Assembly (NCBI GenBank): GCA_950097015.1 | Contig: CATNEN010000011.1 | Coordinates: 5,270,001 to 5,334,000 of the forward strand | DNA: 64,000 nt | Direction: 5' to 3' | Source of the DNA: Macrostomum hystrix | Lineage: Eukaryota; Animalia; Platyhelminthes | Shown here: positions 24,693 through 38,169 of the stretch, in pieces | Layout: every line of letters starts with the position of its first letter | How positions within the stretch are numbered: the stretch's first letter is position 1 | The notes under the pieces: generated by a model | What the model was told of the DNA's origin: nothing | What the model saw: the letters and a program-made list of their open reading frames with translations, nothing else | Databases searched by the model: none | Position numbers and translations under genes: made by a program

Positions 24693-27600
24693 GAACACTT
24701 GGACTTCAAATACTTTGATGAATTTGTCATCAGTGAAGCAGACAAGAAACAATACAGGTATTTATTGTGAATTGTAAATACATTTTATTCATATTCATCA
24801 AATTTAAAAGCAAATTATATTAAAACCTTTCAATGTAGGTATCTGCAGCTTGACAATGGCCTGGGAGTACTCCTGGTGCACGAGCCCGAGGGTTTGAAAA
24901 GTGCACCAATTGGTAACTCCTTGTCTACAAAAAACAACGAGGACAGTGAAGACAGCCTTGATGATGACGACGAATCTGATGACAACCCTTCTGATCATGC
25001 TTTAACTGGTGACAGCGATTCTGGAGAAGAATCTGATACTGGTAGGGGATTAACGATTTAATTTAGTATCAGTTGTTTAAATTTTCTTCTTCAATGTGAG
25101 TAAATATGCTTGTCTGTCCTAAATTAGTTAATAAATATTACAAAGCTTCGCAAGCATTTTCCCTTTTACATTTTACAAATACCCACTGCCTACTTCATGA
25201 TAACTCCCAAGCCAATATATAAGATCTATCATGTATATGTGTATAGGCAATCAGTTAATAAGAATCATTGATTACACCTGCCCTAATTGGGCCAGATGTG
25301 CAGCCAATGGCACAGTCGTGTCTGCACATCTGCTTACGGCTGTTCACTGTTCAGTCCATGGACTGGTTGGATGCCACTCTTAATTACCCCACCTGATGCT
25401 GGTACCCATTTAACATGCAGCTGTTTGAACTGAAGCAACGCAGAGTTTTGTCTCTTGCCAAAGGACACAAATTGAGCACAGCTCACTAGGTTAAACAGGT
25501 CAACCTGTTTATATTTCAGCCTATTGATTTAAAGTGCGAAACTCACGTAAAAGTACATCCCATAAACTAACCAGGCGGTGCCAAACGTCGTCAGCGTCGT
25601 CGCGGTGATCCGTCAATGTCTGGCTCATCGGAGCCGACATCGGCCCGACGCTCCGCCGCCGCTTTGTGTATCGGCAGCGGCAGCGCCGACGAAGGGTTTG
25701 AATTGCCCGGCCTTGCTCACTGGCTTGAGCACATGGTGTTCATGGGCTCGGCCAAATATCCCACTGAAAACGACTTCGACGCCTACGTTAGCGAGCGCGG
25801 CGGAGAAAGCAACGCCTGGACTGATATGGAACAGACACTGTTCTACTTCGACTGCCGACAGGAGAGCTTCGGCGACTGTCTGGACCGCTTTGCGAACTTC
25901 TTTGTGGAACCCCTGCTGAATGCCGATAGTCTGGAGAGAGAGGTCTGCACCATCGGTTAACTGAAATCCCATTCTGTTGAGAAGAATCCCATTCCATCAA
26001 TTAGAATCCCATTCTATAAATTAGAATCCCTTTCTGTCAATTAGAATCCCATTCTATCAATTATTATCCCATTCTATCAATTATAATCCCATTATTTCTA
26101 ATAAGAATCCCATTATTTCTAATAAGAATCCCATTCTATCAATTAGAATCCCATTCTATCAATTAGAATCCCATTCTATCAATTAGAATCCCATTCTATC
26201 AATTAGAATCCCATTCTATCAATTAGAATCCCATTCTATCAATTAGAATCCCATTCTATCAATTAGAATCCCATTCTATCAATTTGAATCCCATTCTGTC
26301 AATAAAAATCCCATTCTGTCAATAAAAATCCTATTCTGTCAATAAAAATCCCATTCTATCTGTTCCTTACCGCTATAAATTGCCATCTCCCAAGGTGCAA
26401 GCGGTGCACAGCGAATTTGAGCAGGCCTGCTGCAGCTTCCAAAGCCAGCTAGAATATTTCACGGGTTGTTTGACCTCGCCGAATCATCCGCTTGGCGGCT
26501 TCAAATGGGGAAATCGCCGTTCTCTGTGGGATCTGCCGCGGGCATCTAATCTGGATGTTCGGGCCAAGCTGCAGGCATTCAGGCTGGCTCACTATCGAGC
26601 TGGCAACATGACCGCCGCGCTGCAGAGCCGTCTGAGTCTGGACGAGATGGAAGCCGCCGCCAGGGCTGCGTTCGATCGGATACCGGCTGGTGAGGCGGCG
26701 TTGTCGCTGGGTTTTGGGATAATCGGCGAGACATTGTTAGAGAAATGATTTTAGACTATAAGGGTATTACCGACAATAAATTGAACTCGATATTATTGGT
26801 ATTTAATGACTAAGGGATTATCGAATATTTCAATGACTAGAGGATTATCGAATTTTTCAATGACGAGGGGATTATCGAATATTTCAATGACTAAGGGATT
26901 ATCAACGACACATCGACTAGGTAAGGGATAATCGACGACACATTCATTAGGTAGGGGATTATCGACGACACATTCATTAGGTAGGGGATTATCGACGACA
27001 CATTCATTAGATAGGGGATTATCGACGACAATTTCACTAGGTTGGGGATTATCGACGACACATTCACTAGGTAAGCGATTATCGACGACAATTTCAATAG
27101 GTTGGGGATTATCGACGACACATTCACTAGGTAGGGGATTATCGACGACAATTTCACTAGGTAGGGGATTATCGACGACACATTCACTAGGTAGGGGATT
27201 ATTGACGACCCATGCCTAGGTAGGGGATTATCGACGGCAAATTGATTAGGTAGAGATTATGGACGACACATTCACTAGATATTGGATTATCGACGACAAT
27301 TTCACTAGGTTGGGGATTATCGACGCAAATTGATTAGGTAGAGAATTATGGACGACACATTCAATAGGTAGGGGATTATCGACGACACATTCACTAGGTA
27401 GGGGATTATCGACGACAATTTCACTAGGTTGGGGATTATCGACGACACATTCGCTAGGTAGGGGATTATCGACGACACATTCACTAGGCAGGGGATTATC
27501 GACGGCAAATTGATTAGGTAGAGAATTAAGGACGACACATTCACTAGGTTGGGGATTATCGACGACACATTCACTATGTAGGGGATTATTGACGGCAAAT

Positions 27601-30600
27601 TGATTAGGTAGAGAATAATCGACGACGGATTCACTAGGTTGCGGATTATCGACGACACATTCACTAGGTAGGGGATTATCGACGGCAAATTGATTAGGTA
27701 GAGAATTAAGGGCGACACATTCACTAGGTTGGGGATTATCGACGACACATTCACTAGGTTGGGGATTATCGACGACACATTCACTAGGTTGGGGATTATC
27801 GACGACACATTGCCTTAGTAGGAAGGCTATTATAAACGAAAAAATTACTAGGAGATAATCGACGACCCATTAGATACATAGTGGATTATCGACGACCTAA
27901 GACTAGGTTGAGGATTATCTACGAAAAATGTCTTAGTAGCGGATTAAGAGAAAACTCAATCAATAGGAAATTATCAACGATCCATGACTATTTTGGAGAT
28001 TATCGACGAAACACTCACTTTGAATGGATCATCGTCGACAAACTACTAGGAGTGGATTATGGATGACACGTTTAGTAGATTAGGATTAGGAATATTGACC
28101 TCTTTAGAGCTGTCACTGACAGCTAGTCAGAATTCAGTTATGGATGACGCTCTGACTATTTAAAGAATCATTGCATTGAAACAAAATGTTTCTATGGTAA
28201 TTATTTGTCGCAGGCGGCCGTGCGTCCGACAGTTCGAATCGTCCGGAGTCGACAATCTCCACTGAATCCGTATTTGGCGACGCGTTTCGCGGTCGTATCT
28301 ACTACTTGCTGCCGGTGAAGCAGGTGGATCGACTCAGATTAGCCTGGCCCTGCCCCAGCAACCTCGGTCACCATCTGGAGCAGACGCATCGCCTGCTAGG
28401 CTTCTGTCTGGCTCACGAAGGCCCCGGAAGTTTGGCCGACTGCCTACGTCGCGAGGGCTTGGCTGTTGAACTGATAGCCGGTGTACACACTGGCTGCGGC
28501 CTGTACGACAGCGCCTGGGCCTCGCTGATGGAGCTGACGCTGAAGCTGACTCCTAAAGGATTGCTAGACTGGCGCAGGGTGATCAGGCTGGTGTACGCCT
28601 ACATTGGCATGCTGGGCCAAAATCTGGACCAGCTCAGGCGAGTGTTTGACGAATTGCAACAGGTTGAGAGGGCCGATTTTCGTTTCGCCGAAGAGATGGA
28701 GCCGGCTGATAATGTTGAATACCTGAGCTCCGGGATGCACCGACTTCCGCGCCGCATGTGGCTCCTTGGCGATCACCGCCTGCCGCAGCGATACGACGAG
28801 GCAGCCGTTCGGCAGTTCTGGAACTGTTTCCGACCGGAAACCGGCTGCCTAGTGCTGGCTTCGAGATCTTTTGAGTCCGCCTGCGATCGAGTCACGGACT
28901 GGTTTGAGGTTGGTGTCTCAGTTTGTGCGGCATTTTCACTGCCTTGCTCAGTCGATTTCAAAACCCTGATCTCCGATCCTTTGGTTGTTGGACTAGAACT
29001 GTTTTGTTATTCATAAGCTTCGGAATAAATTATCCCATTTTGGGATTCTTTTGCTTTGGGAAAATTATTTCAATATGTGATTCTTAAGCTTTGAGATAAA
29101 TGTCCTATTCTAGGATTCTGGGATAAATTTTCACATTCAGGTTTTCATCATTCTCGAGACAAATATCCCATTATGGGATTCTTAGGAATTGGGATTAAAA
29201 TACCATTCTAGGATTCTTGGGCTTGAGGATAAAAATTTGTTAATACAGATATTTTTTAAATAGAAATATACTTTTTCCCATAATTCATTTCCATAATAAA
29301 ATATCTCATTCTGTGGGATTCTGTGTGTGTAATATTACCACCTTGAATTCTGTATAGATTCGCTACTCCGAGCAGTCCCCGGATCCTGACTGTCTGGCTG
29401 ACTGGCAGCGCTGCGTTGACTCGCCCGATCCAGAGCTCCTCGCCGGGCACCAGCTGCACATGCCGCCGCCAAATCCTTTCATTGCCAGCAGATTTGACGT
29501 GCCGGCGCCCGAGGATGTCTATGCGGAACTGGGAATCACTGACGTGCCTCAGGTTTCTACTGGGATGGGAAAAGGGTAGAGAGGAGAGAGAAGGAAAATG
29601 GAAGGTAAAGAAGGGGTTAGGAGTTGGAAGGAAGAGAAGGAAGGAGTAGAAGGGAGAGAGGAAGGAGTAGAAGGGAGAGAGGAAGGAGTAGAAGGGAGAG
29701 AGGAAGGAGTAGAAGGGAGAGAGGAAAGGTTAGAAGGGAGAGAAGGAAGGGGTTAGAAGGGAGAGAAGGAAGGGGTTAGAAGGGAGAGAAGGAAGGGGTT
29801 AGAAGGGAGAGAAGGAAGGGGTTAGAAGGGAGAGAAGGAAGGGGTTAGAAGGGAGAGAAGGAAGGGGTTAGAAGGGAGAGAAGGAAGGGGTTAGAAGGGA
29901 AAGAAGGAAGGGGTTAGAAGGGAGAGAAGGAAGGGGTTAGAAGGTAGAGAGGAAGGAGTAGAAGGGAGAGAGGAAGGAGTAGAAGGGAGAGAGGAAGGGG
30001 TTAGAAGGGAGAGAAGGAAGGGGTTAGAAGGGAGAGAAGGAAGGGGTTAGAAGGGAGAGAAGGAAGGAGTAGAAGGGAGAGAGGAAGGAGTAGAAGGGCG
30101 AGAGGAAGGGGTTAGAAGGGAGAGAGGAAGGAGTAGAAGGGAGAGAGGAAGGAGTAGAAGGGAGAGAGGAAGGGGTTAGAAGGGAGAGAGGAAGGAGTAG
30201 AAGGGAGAGAGGAAGGAGTAGAAGGGAGAGAGGAAGGAGTAGAAAGGAGAGAGGAAGGAGTAGAAGGGAGAGAGGAAGGAGTAGAAGGGAGAGAGGAAGG
30301 AGTAGAAGGGAGAGAGGAAGGAGTAGAAGGGAGAGAGGAAGGAGTAGAAGGGAGAGAGGAAGGAGTAGAAGGGAGAGAGGAAGGGGTTAGAAGGGAGAGA
30401 AGGAAGGAGTAGAAGGGAGAGAGGAAGGGGTTAGAAGGGAGAGAAGGAAGGGGTTAGAAGGGAGAGAAGGAAGGGGTTAGAAGGGAGAGAAGGAAGGGGT
30501 TAGAAGGGAGTAGTGAGGTGGCAGGAAGTATAAAATCAAGAGAAGCCAGGTCTAAATTAACAATCAGGTTGATTTGTGCTGCAAAGAGAAGCCCGCCCTG

Positions 30601-33600
30601 TGTTTCAGTTTCCCATCCGTCTGTCACTCGACCAGCCAGACTTGGATAAATATGGCTCGCTCTACTACTTCAAGGATAGGCAGTTTAAGACACCCAGAGG
30701 TGAGTGGAATACAGGTGTGTTTAAGACCCTTGAGAATATTTGTTTATTGTTTCTGTTATTTTTCCAGCCATTGTTCGTGCTAGTATGGAGTCACCAGCTA
30801 TTGCTGAATCGTTGAAAAGGTCGGTTTTTCTGTCTACTGTTGTCTCTCTACCTGTCTTCAACACATTTTATCTCCTGTTATGCTATACCCCCCTCTCTCC
30901 ATCATGTCTCTAATTTCACTACCTTATCCTTTTACTACCCTTTCTCCTAATCAATTCTATGCCCTTTCTCAGGCAATTTTCTACCCAACAATTCATCCAT
31001 CCTAATCCATCAGCTCTCTGCCCTCCTAATCCATCAATTCTATGCCCTCCTAATCCATCAATTCAATGCCCTCCTAATCCATCAATTCTTTGCCCTCCTA
31101 ATCCATCAATTCTTTGCCCTCCTAATCCATCAATTCAATGCCCTCCTAATCCATCATTTCTCTGCCCTCCTAATCCATCAATTCAATGCCCTCCTAATCC
31201 ATCATTTCTCTGCCCTCCTAATCCATCATTTCTCTGCCCTCCTAATCCATCAATTCTTTGCCCTCCTAATCCATCAATTCACTGCCCTCCTAATCCATCA
31301 TTTCTCTGCCCTCCTAATCCATCATTTCTCTGCCCTCTCTCCCTCTAACAATTCTCTCCCTCACTCCCCAAGTTCCCTGCCCTCTCTCCCTACAGCACAT
31401 TCAATTTGTTTTATTTTGCTCTGTTTTTCATTCATTAAAGTTCATGAAAGCCAATGAGTATTTTGATTACTGAAAGCCTTACAAATTATTATTCGCATGC
31501 AGTTCCACCGTAGCACAGGTCTGGCTTTACATGCTCAACTTTCAGCTGCACAGGGACGCCTATGCTGCTAACGAGGCCGGTTTGAGGTGAGTACCCTTAC
31601 AGCCTGCTTATGCTGAATTCTCTACCGAGAGCTTAGTAGTGTAAACATCACTAGCTGCTTCACGTGAAATTTCTCACTCCTTACTGAGAATGGAATCTAT
31701 ATGCTATTTACTCTTGTTAACTCAGTCTATATGGCAATACTGCCAGTTCTTACTTGAATACTCTTATACTTTTCATTACTTTACCATTTCAGCTACGACA
31801 TTGTGCAATCGGAACCGTTTGCCATCATTCTCAATTTGGAAGGCTTCAATGATAAACTGCTTGTAAGTGTTTTAGGTTCTGTCCATCTGCCTGTTCTGGA
31901 TGTCCATCTGTCTGTTCTGGATGTCCATCTGTATGTTCTGGATGTCCATCTGTCTGTTCTGGATGTCCATCTGTCTGTTCTGGATGTCCATCTGTCTGTT
32001 CTGGATGTCCATCTGTCTGTTCTGGATGTCCATCTGTCTGTTCTGGATGTCCATCTGTCTGTTCTGGATGTCCATCTGTCTGTTCTGGATGTCCATCTGT
32101 CTGTTCTGGATGTCCATCTGTCTGTTCTGGGTGTCCATCTGTCTGTTCTGGATGTCCATCTGTCTGTTCTGGATGTCCATCTGTCTGTTCTGGATGTCCA
32201 TCTGTCAGTTCTGGGTGTCCATCTGTCTGTTCTGGGTGTCCATCTGTCTGTTCTGGGTGTCCATCTGTCTATTCTGGGTGTCCATCTGTCTGTTCTGGGT
32301 GTCCATCTGTCTGTTCTGGGTGTCCATCTGTCTGTTCTGGGTGTCCATCTGTCTGTTCTGGGTGTCCATCTGTCTGTTCTGGGTGTCCATCTGTCTATCC
32401 TGGGTGTCCATCTGTCTGTTCTGGGTGTCCATCTGTCTGTTCTGGGTGTCCATCTGTCTGTTCTGGGTGTCCATCTGTCTATCCTGGGTGTCCATCTGTC
32501 TGTCTATCCTGGGTGTCTATCTGTCTGTTCTGGGTGTCCATCTGTCTATTCTGGGTGTCCATCTGTCTGTTCTGGGTGTCCATCTGTCTGTCTATCCTGG
32601 GTGTCCATCTGTCTGTCTATCCTGGGTGTCTATCTGTCTGTTCTGGGTGTCCATCTGTCTATTCTGGGTGTCCATCTGTCTGTTCTGGGTGTCCATCTGT
32701 CTGTCTATCCTGGGTGTCCATCCGTCTTTTCTCGGTGTCTATCTGTCTATAATTAGTGTATATCTGTCTATCCTGGGTGTCCATCTGTCTGTTCTGGGTG
32801 TCCATCTGTCTTTTCTGGGTGTTCATCTGTCTGTTCTGGATGTCCATCTGTCTGTTCTGGATGTCCATCTGTCTGTTCTGGGTGTCCATCTGTCTGTTCT
32901 GGGTGTCCATCTGTCTGTTCTGGGTGTCCATCTGTCTATTCTGGGTGTCCATCTGTCTGTTCTGGGTGTCCATCTGTCTGTTCTGGATGTCCATCTGTCT
33001 GTTCTGGGTGTCCATCTGTCTGTCTATCCTGGGTGTCCATCTGTCTGTCTATCCTGGGTGTCTATCTGTCTGTTCTGGGTGTCCATCTGTCTATTCTGGG
33101 TGTCCATCTGTCTGTTCTGGGTGTCCATCTGTCTGTCTATCCTGGGTGTCCATCTGTCTGTCTATCCTGGGTGTCTATCTGTCTGTTCTGGGTGTCCATC
33201 TGTCTATTCTGGGTGTCCATCTGTCTGTTCTGGGTGTCCATCTGTCTGTCTATCCTGGGTGTCCATCCGTCTTTTCTCGGTGTCTATCTGTCTATAATTA
33301 GTGTATATCTGTCTATCCTGGGTGTCCATCTGTCTGTTCTGGGTGTCCATCTGTCTGTTCTGGGTGTCCATCTGTCTATTCTGGGTGTCCATCTGTCTGT
33401 TCTGGGTGTCCATCTGTCTGTTCTGGATGTCCATCTGTCTGTTCTGGGTGTCCATCTGTCTGTCTATCCTGGGTGTCCATCTGTCTGTCTATCCTGGGTG
33501 TCTATCTGTCTGTTCTGGGTGTCCATCTGTCTATTCTGGGTGTCCATCTGTCTGTTCTGGGTGTCCATCTGTCTGTCTATTCTGGGTGTCCATCTGTCTG

Positions 33601-36600
33601 TTCTGGGTGTCCATCTGTCTGTTCTGGGTGTCCATCTGTCTATTCTGGGTGTCCATCTGTCTGTTCTGGGTGTCCATCTGTCTGTTCTGGATGTCCATCT
33701 GTCTGTTCTGGGTGTCCATCTGTCTGTCTATCCTGGGTGTCCATCTGTCTGTCTATCCTGGGTGTCTATCTGTCTGTTCTGGGTGTCCATCTGTCTATTC
33801 TGGGTGTCCATCTGTCTGTTCTGGGTGTCCATCTGTCTGTCTATTCTGGGTGTCCATCTGTCTATCCTGGGTGTCCATCTGTCTGTTCTGGGTGTCCATC
33901 CGTCTTTTCTCGGTGTCTATCTGTCTATAATTAGTGTATATCTGTCTATCCTGGGTGTCCATCTGTCTATTCTGGGTGTCCATCTGTCTATCCTGGGTGT
34001 CCATCTGTCTGTTCTGGGTGTCCATCTGTCTGTTCTGGGTGTCCATCTGTCTGTTCTGGGTGTCCATCTGTCTGTTCTGGGTGTCCATCTGTCTGTCTAT
34101 TCTGGGTGTCCATCTGTCTATCCTGGGTGTCCATCTGTCTGTTCTGGGTGTCCATCCGTCTTTTATCGGTGTCTATCTGTCTATAATTAGTGTATATCTG
34201 TATTTTCTGGGTGTCCATCTGTTTCTTTATGGGTGTCTGTCTACTTCTTTCACTGTAGTTAAGGCATTCAACTTTTTATTTTGTCTTTCATGGGCTTCAA
34301 GTCGTACGTGTTAGTTTGCACAGTTTATTTGCACAATGGTCCTCAAGGCTCAAAGCTCTGTTCAGTGGCTCCTCTAAAGCGAACTGCAACCTTAGTTTTT
34401 TGTTTACTGAGTAAACAGCTGTTGCTCCAGTCAAATTATTATATCATTTGCTGCTAGCACTACTTTTAAGTAGCAATGCTAAATTTCGTCATTTTTTCAA
34501 AGCAATTTTCAAAACAACACATTTCTAGGTTCTGTATTCAACCATTCTGAGCAAGCTCACTCAGTTCGGCCAGCTGCTGCAAGCCAGTGAACCGAGTCTG
34601 AATTTTGAGTCTGCCAAGGAGGAGATTCGAAAAATTTTGGCTAACGACCTGTTCTCTTCTAAACGCTTTGCCAGGTTTGTTCAACACAGCCATGAGGGCT
34701 AATTTGTTTCTTTTTCCTTCCCTTCAGGTGTCTATTTAATTTTCCCACTCTCCCCTTCAGGTGTTTATTTCGTTTTCCCACTCTCCCCTTCAGGTGTTTA
34801 TTTCATTCTCCCACTCTCCCCTTCAGGTGTTTATTTCATTCTCCCACTCTCCCCTTCAGGTTTTTATTTTATTTTTCCACTCTCCTCTTCAGGTGTTTAT
34901 TTCATTTTCCCACTCTGCCCTTCAGGTGTTTATTTCATTTTCCCACTCTCCCCTTCAGGTGTTTATTTCATTCTCCCACTCTCCCCTTCAGGTTTTTATT
35001 TTATTTTTCCACTCTCCTCTTCAGGTGTTTATTTCATTTTCCCACTCTGCCCTTCAGGTGTTTATTTCATTTTCCCACTCTCCCCTTCAGGTGTTTATTT
35101 CATTTTCCCACTCTGCCCTTCAGGTGTTTATTTTATTTTCCCACTCTCCCCTTCAGGTGTTTTAGTTCAGGTTTCACCCTCTCCCCTTCAGGTGTTTTAG
35201 TTCAGATTTCACCCACTCCCCTCCAGGTGTTTAAGTTCAGGGTTCACCCACTCCCCTTCAGGTGTTTTAGTTCAGGTTTCACCCTCTCCCCTTCAGGTGT
35301 TTTAGTTCAGGTTTCACCCTCTCCCCTTCAGGTGTTTTAGTTCAGGTTTCACCCTCTCCCCTTCAGGTGTTTTAGTTCAGGGTTCACCCACTCCCCTCCA
35401 GGTGTTTAAGTTCAGGGTTCACCCACTCCCCTTCAGGTGTTTTAGTTCAGGTTTCACCCTCTCCCCTTCAGGTGTTTTAGTTCAGGTTTCACCCTCTCCC
35501 CTTCAGGTGTTTTAGTTCAGGTTTGACCCACTTACCCACTTTTACACCTGACAGCAACGTGCGCAACTATCTGGTCGATCCCAATCGCTATTTGGCTAGC
35601 GACCAGCTGCAGTGCCTGGAAACCATTCAACTAGCAGATGTGGCCGAATTTCATCAGCGAATCTTCTCAATTGCATATTTTAAAGTCTATGTACACGGCA
35701 ATTGCAGACCGGAGGTCGGTTTCCTTGACTATCAGTGCAATTTTTATGCTGCTACTTCAAGTAATATGACACCGCATCGTCCAAGCTGCTTTATTTTTTT
35801 TAACATTTCTAGGAGGCAAAAGAATTTTTCCGCAGCACAGTTAAAATTCTTCCGTCCAACGCCAAAGTGGCAGAAATTCAGGTTAGAATTTCTGGTGTAA
35901 CTTATTTACGCTCGTATTTGTTTCTCACATCCTACTTAGACTACTGAAACAGTAGAAAGTAAAGAAAGTTGCGAGTATTTTTATCTCAATATAAAAGATT
36001 AATATTAAGTTGCCCAGCAAATTTTGTGCACCTTTCAGCATCGGATCGCCGCATTGCCGCAGGGTCGCCACGGTGTCCGGCTCCGCGGTATGCGTCGCGG
36101 TGACATCAACAGCCTGCTGGTTGAAGAGGTCCACTTTGCGCATCCGACAAGTGTGGAAGAAATGGCATCGGCTGACCTGCTGCTGGTATGAAACACAGAA
36201 ACTCGAATCTTTATTATACTTTTTTCCTACAAACTTTTTTAACTTTCTGCGCATGACTTATCTATCATTTTAAAGTTGCCGCACATGTCTTATTTGTTCT
36301 TTTGAAGTTGCCGCCAATGTCTTCTTGCCTATCCTTTTGAAGTTGCCGCCAATGTCTTCTTATCTATCCTTTTGAAGTTGCCGCCAATGTCTTCTTATCT
36401 ATCCTTTTGAAGTTGCCGCCAATGCCTTATCTATCCTTTTGAAGTTGCCGCCAATGCCTTATCTATCCCTTTGAAGTTGCCGCCAATGCCTTATCTATCC
36501 TTTTGAAGTTGCCGCCCCTGGTTTATCTACGTTTATTCGCCATTAAATTTCGCCAGCACATCATGTGGGAGCCGTGCTTTGACTATCTGCGCACCAAGCA

Positions 36601-38044
36601 CCAGCTAGGTTACCACGTGGCCTGCCAGTCGCATAGACGCAGAGGCCACCTCACCTTCCGTCTGATGGTTGCTAGCCAGGCCGACCAGTGTAGCACAGAC
36701 AAGGTGCTGACAATGGTGGACAAATTCTATGCCTACTTTGCCGACCTGTTGCGCAAGATGCAGCCAGCCCAGTTCGCCAACTATGTCAAAGCTGTGGCCG
36801 ACCGCAAGCTGGCTGAAGATTCAGTCATGACAGACGAATTCGATCGCTACTGGGAAGAGATTGACGAAGGCGGCCTCTTATTCAACAGGCGCCTGCTGGA
36901 GGTTCAAGTGCTGCAGAATCTGACTGTGAATGTCCTGGTGCCCTTCTTTAAGCGAGTCATGACTGCCCCAAGGCGATCGCTTGTTATTCAGGTTGGCACT
37001 GACGGGGCGTGTTGTAGGCAGCTGAAGGTTCAGGTGTAGCTAATTATGAATGCTACTGAAGGTTCAGGTGTAGCTAATTATGAATGCTACTGAAGGTTCA
37101 GGTGTAGCTAATTATGAGTGCTACTGAAGGTTCAGGTGTAGCTAATTATGAATGCTACTGAAGGTTCAGGTGTAGCTAATTATGAATGCTACTGAAGGTT
37201 CAGGTGTAGCTAATTATGAATGCTACTGAAGGTTCAGGTGTTGCTAATTTTGAATGCTACTGAAGGTTCAGGTGTAGCTAATTATGAGTGCTACTGAAGG
37301 TTCAGGTGTAGCTAATTATGAATGCTACTGAAGGTTCAGGTGTAGCTAATTATGAATGCTACTGAAGGTTCAGGTATAGTTAATTATGAATGCTGCTGAA
37401 GGTTCAGGTGTAGCTAATTATGAATGCTACTGAAGGTTCAGGTGTAGCTAATTATGAATGCTACTGTCGCTTGGGACAAAATTTCCTTGCTTGTATTTAA
37501 CTTGTATTTAGAAAGTGAAAAGCATTTTGTCCGAATATCTAGTGGGCTTAGTGCGCACTAGAAGCAACTAAAGGGGAACTGTACCGAGCACGGAATTAAG
37601 AACATAGACAACGATTGAGTTAACAAGGGGCGGGCAGGATGCGTAGTCTATGGGCTAAGAGGACGATAGAAAGCGAAGCAATTAAAGTGCAGTGAAACGT
37701 ACTGATTAACTGATTGGTGAGCAAGAGATTAAAGAGGAGAGTCAAAGGAAACGACGAGAAGGTTTTCTGGAGGAAGCATTTCCGACAGCTACTGAAGGTT
37801 CAGGTGTAGTCATCTAATTCAGAGTCTGGCTCAATTCCTTCAGATCGAAGGCTCGCAGAACAAGTCGCTGCATGAAGGGGGCACGGCAGGCTACTCTCTG
37901 CCCCTGGTTTACGCCAAGCCCCCCAAACCGCCGAACCGGCAAACCAAAGCGAAGGCCTCGACAATGCCGGTGGAATTTATCGGAGATTTGCGAAAATTTC
38001 GAGCGAGTCTGCAGCCGCTAACTTCGGTAGTGGTGATGGAGTAG
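24693..38044 (+). CDS. NRDC: Nardilysin-like M16A zinc metallopeptidase (start-codon exon not identified)
   Basis: Exons 24693-24757, 24839-25041, 25575-25942, 26395-26689, 28214-28908, 29358-29552, 30609-30699, 30768-30819, 31503-31586, 31793-31862, 34529-34674, 35555-35714, 35813-35881, 36039-36185, 36557-36991, 37844-38044 join in frame; DKKQYRYLQLDNGL, acidic insert, inverted zinc motif HWLEH, EPCFDYLRTKHQLGYHV. Confidence 0.9.
25276..25480 (-). mobile_element. SINE family A copy (3' part) in NRDC intron
   Basis: gggccagatgtgcagcc...gttcagtccatggact...acccatttaac...gaactgaagcaacgcagag...aaaggacacaaattg is the reverse complement of SINE A. Confidence 0.8.
25960..26362. repeat. 20-bp intronic minisatellite (agaatcccattctatcaatt)
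   Basis: Direct repetition. Confidence 0.96.
26760..28060. repeat. 30-bp intronic minisatellite (ggggattatcgacgacacattcactaggta)
   Basis: Direct repetition with degenerate edges. Confidence 0.96.
29640..30510. repeat. Purine-rich 21-22 bp minisatellite (agaagggagagaggaaggagt)
   Basis: Direct repetition. Confidence 0.96.
30990..31340. repeat. 24-bp minisatellite (ccctcctaatccatcaattctttg)
   Basis: Direct repetition. Confidence 0.95.
31872..34220. repeat. 21-bp minisatellite (tgtccatctgtctgttctggg) with higher-order blocks
   Basis: Direct repetition; explains all ORFs 31803-34314. Confidence 0.98.
34720..35522. repeat. 33-34 bp minisatellite with two subtypes (cccttcaggtgtttatttc... then cccttcaggtgttttagttcagg...)
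   Basis: Direct repetition, subtype switch near 35150. Confidence 0.96.
36270..36520. repeat. 34-37 bp minisatellite (tttgaagttgccgccaatg..ttatctatcct)
   Basis: About 6 direct copies. Confidence 0.93.
37020..37810. repeat. 34-bp minisatellite (ctgaaggttcaggtgtagctaattatgaatgcta), interrupted at 37465-37787
   Basis: About 13 copies, then resumes at 37788. Confidence 0.95.
37465..37787 (-). mobile_element. Solo LTR, 323 bp
   Basis: Termini TGTCG...CGACA; 5-bp TSD GCTAC at 37460-37464 and 37788-37792; orientation inferred from the TAAATACA-type signal on the minus strand. Confidence 0.8.
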
Positions 38045-38169
38045 GCTGCGACCTGAGACTCAAGCTTACACTTATTTTTCCTCTATTTGAAATTTATTTT
38101 TTTCTTCTTTTTAGAAGGTTTTTGTCGACTAAAATTTTTCTGGTTATAGACAGACTAGTTGATAGTCCA

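Noticed and set aside
35940-35970. Possible NRDC micro-exon
   Set aside because: Flanking exons already join in phase 0 and its donors are weak or out of phase
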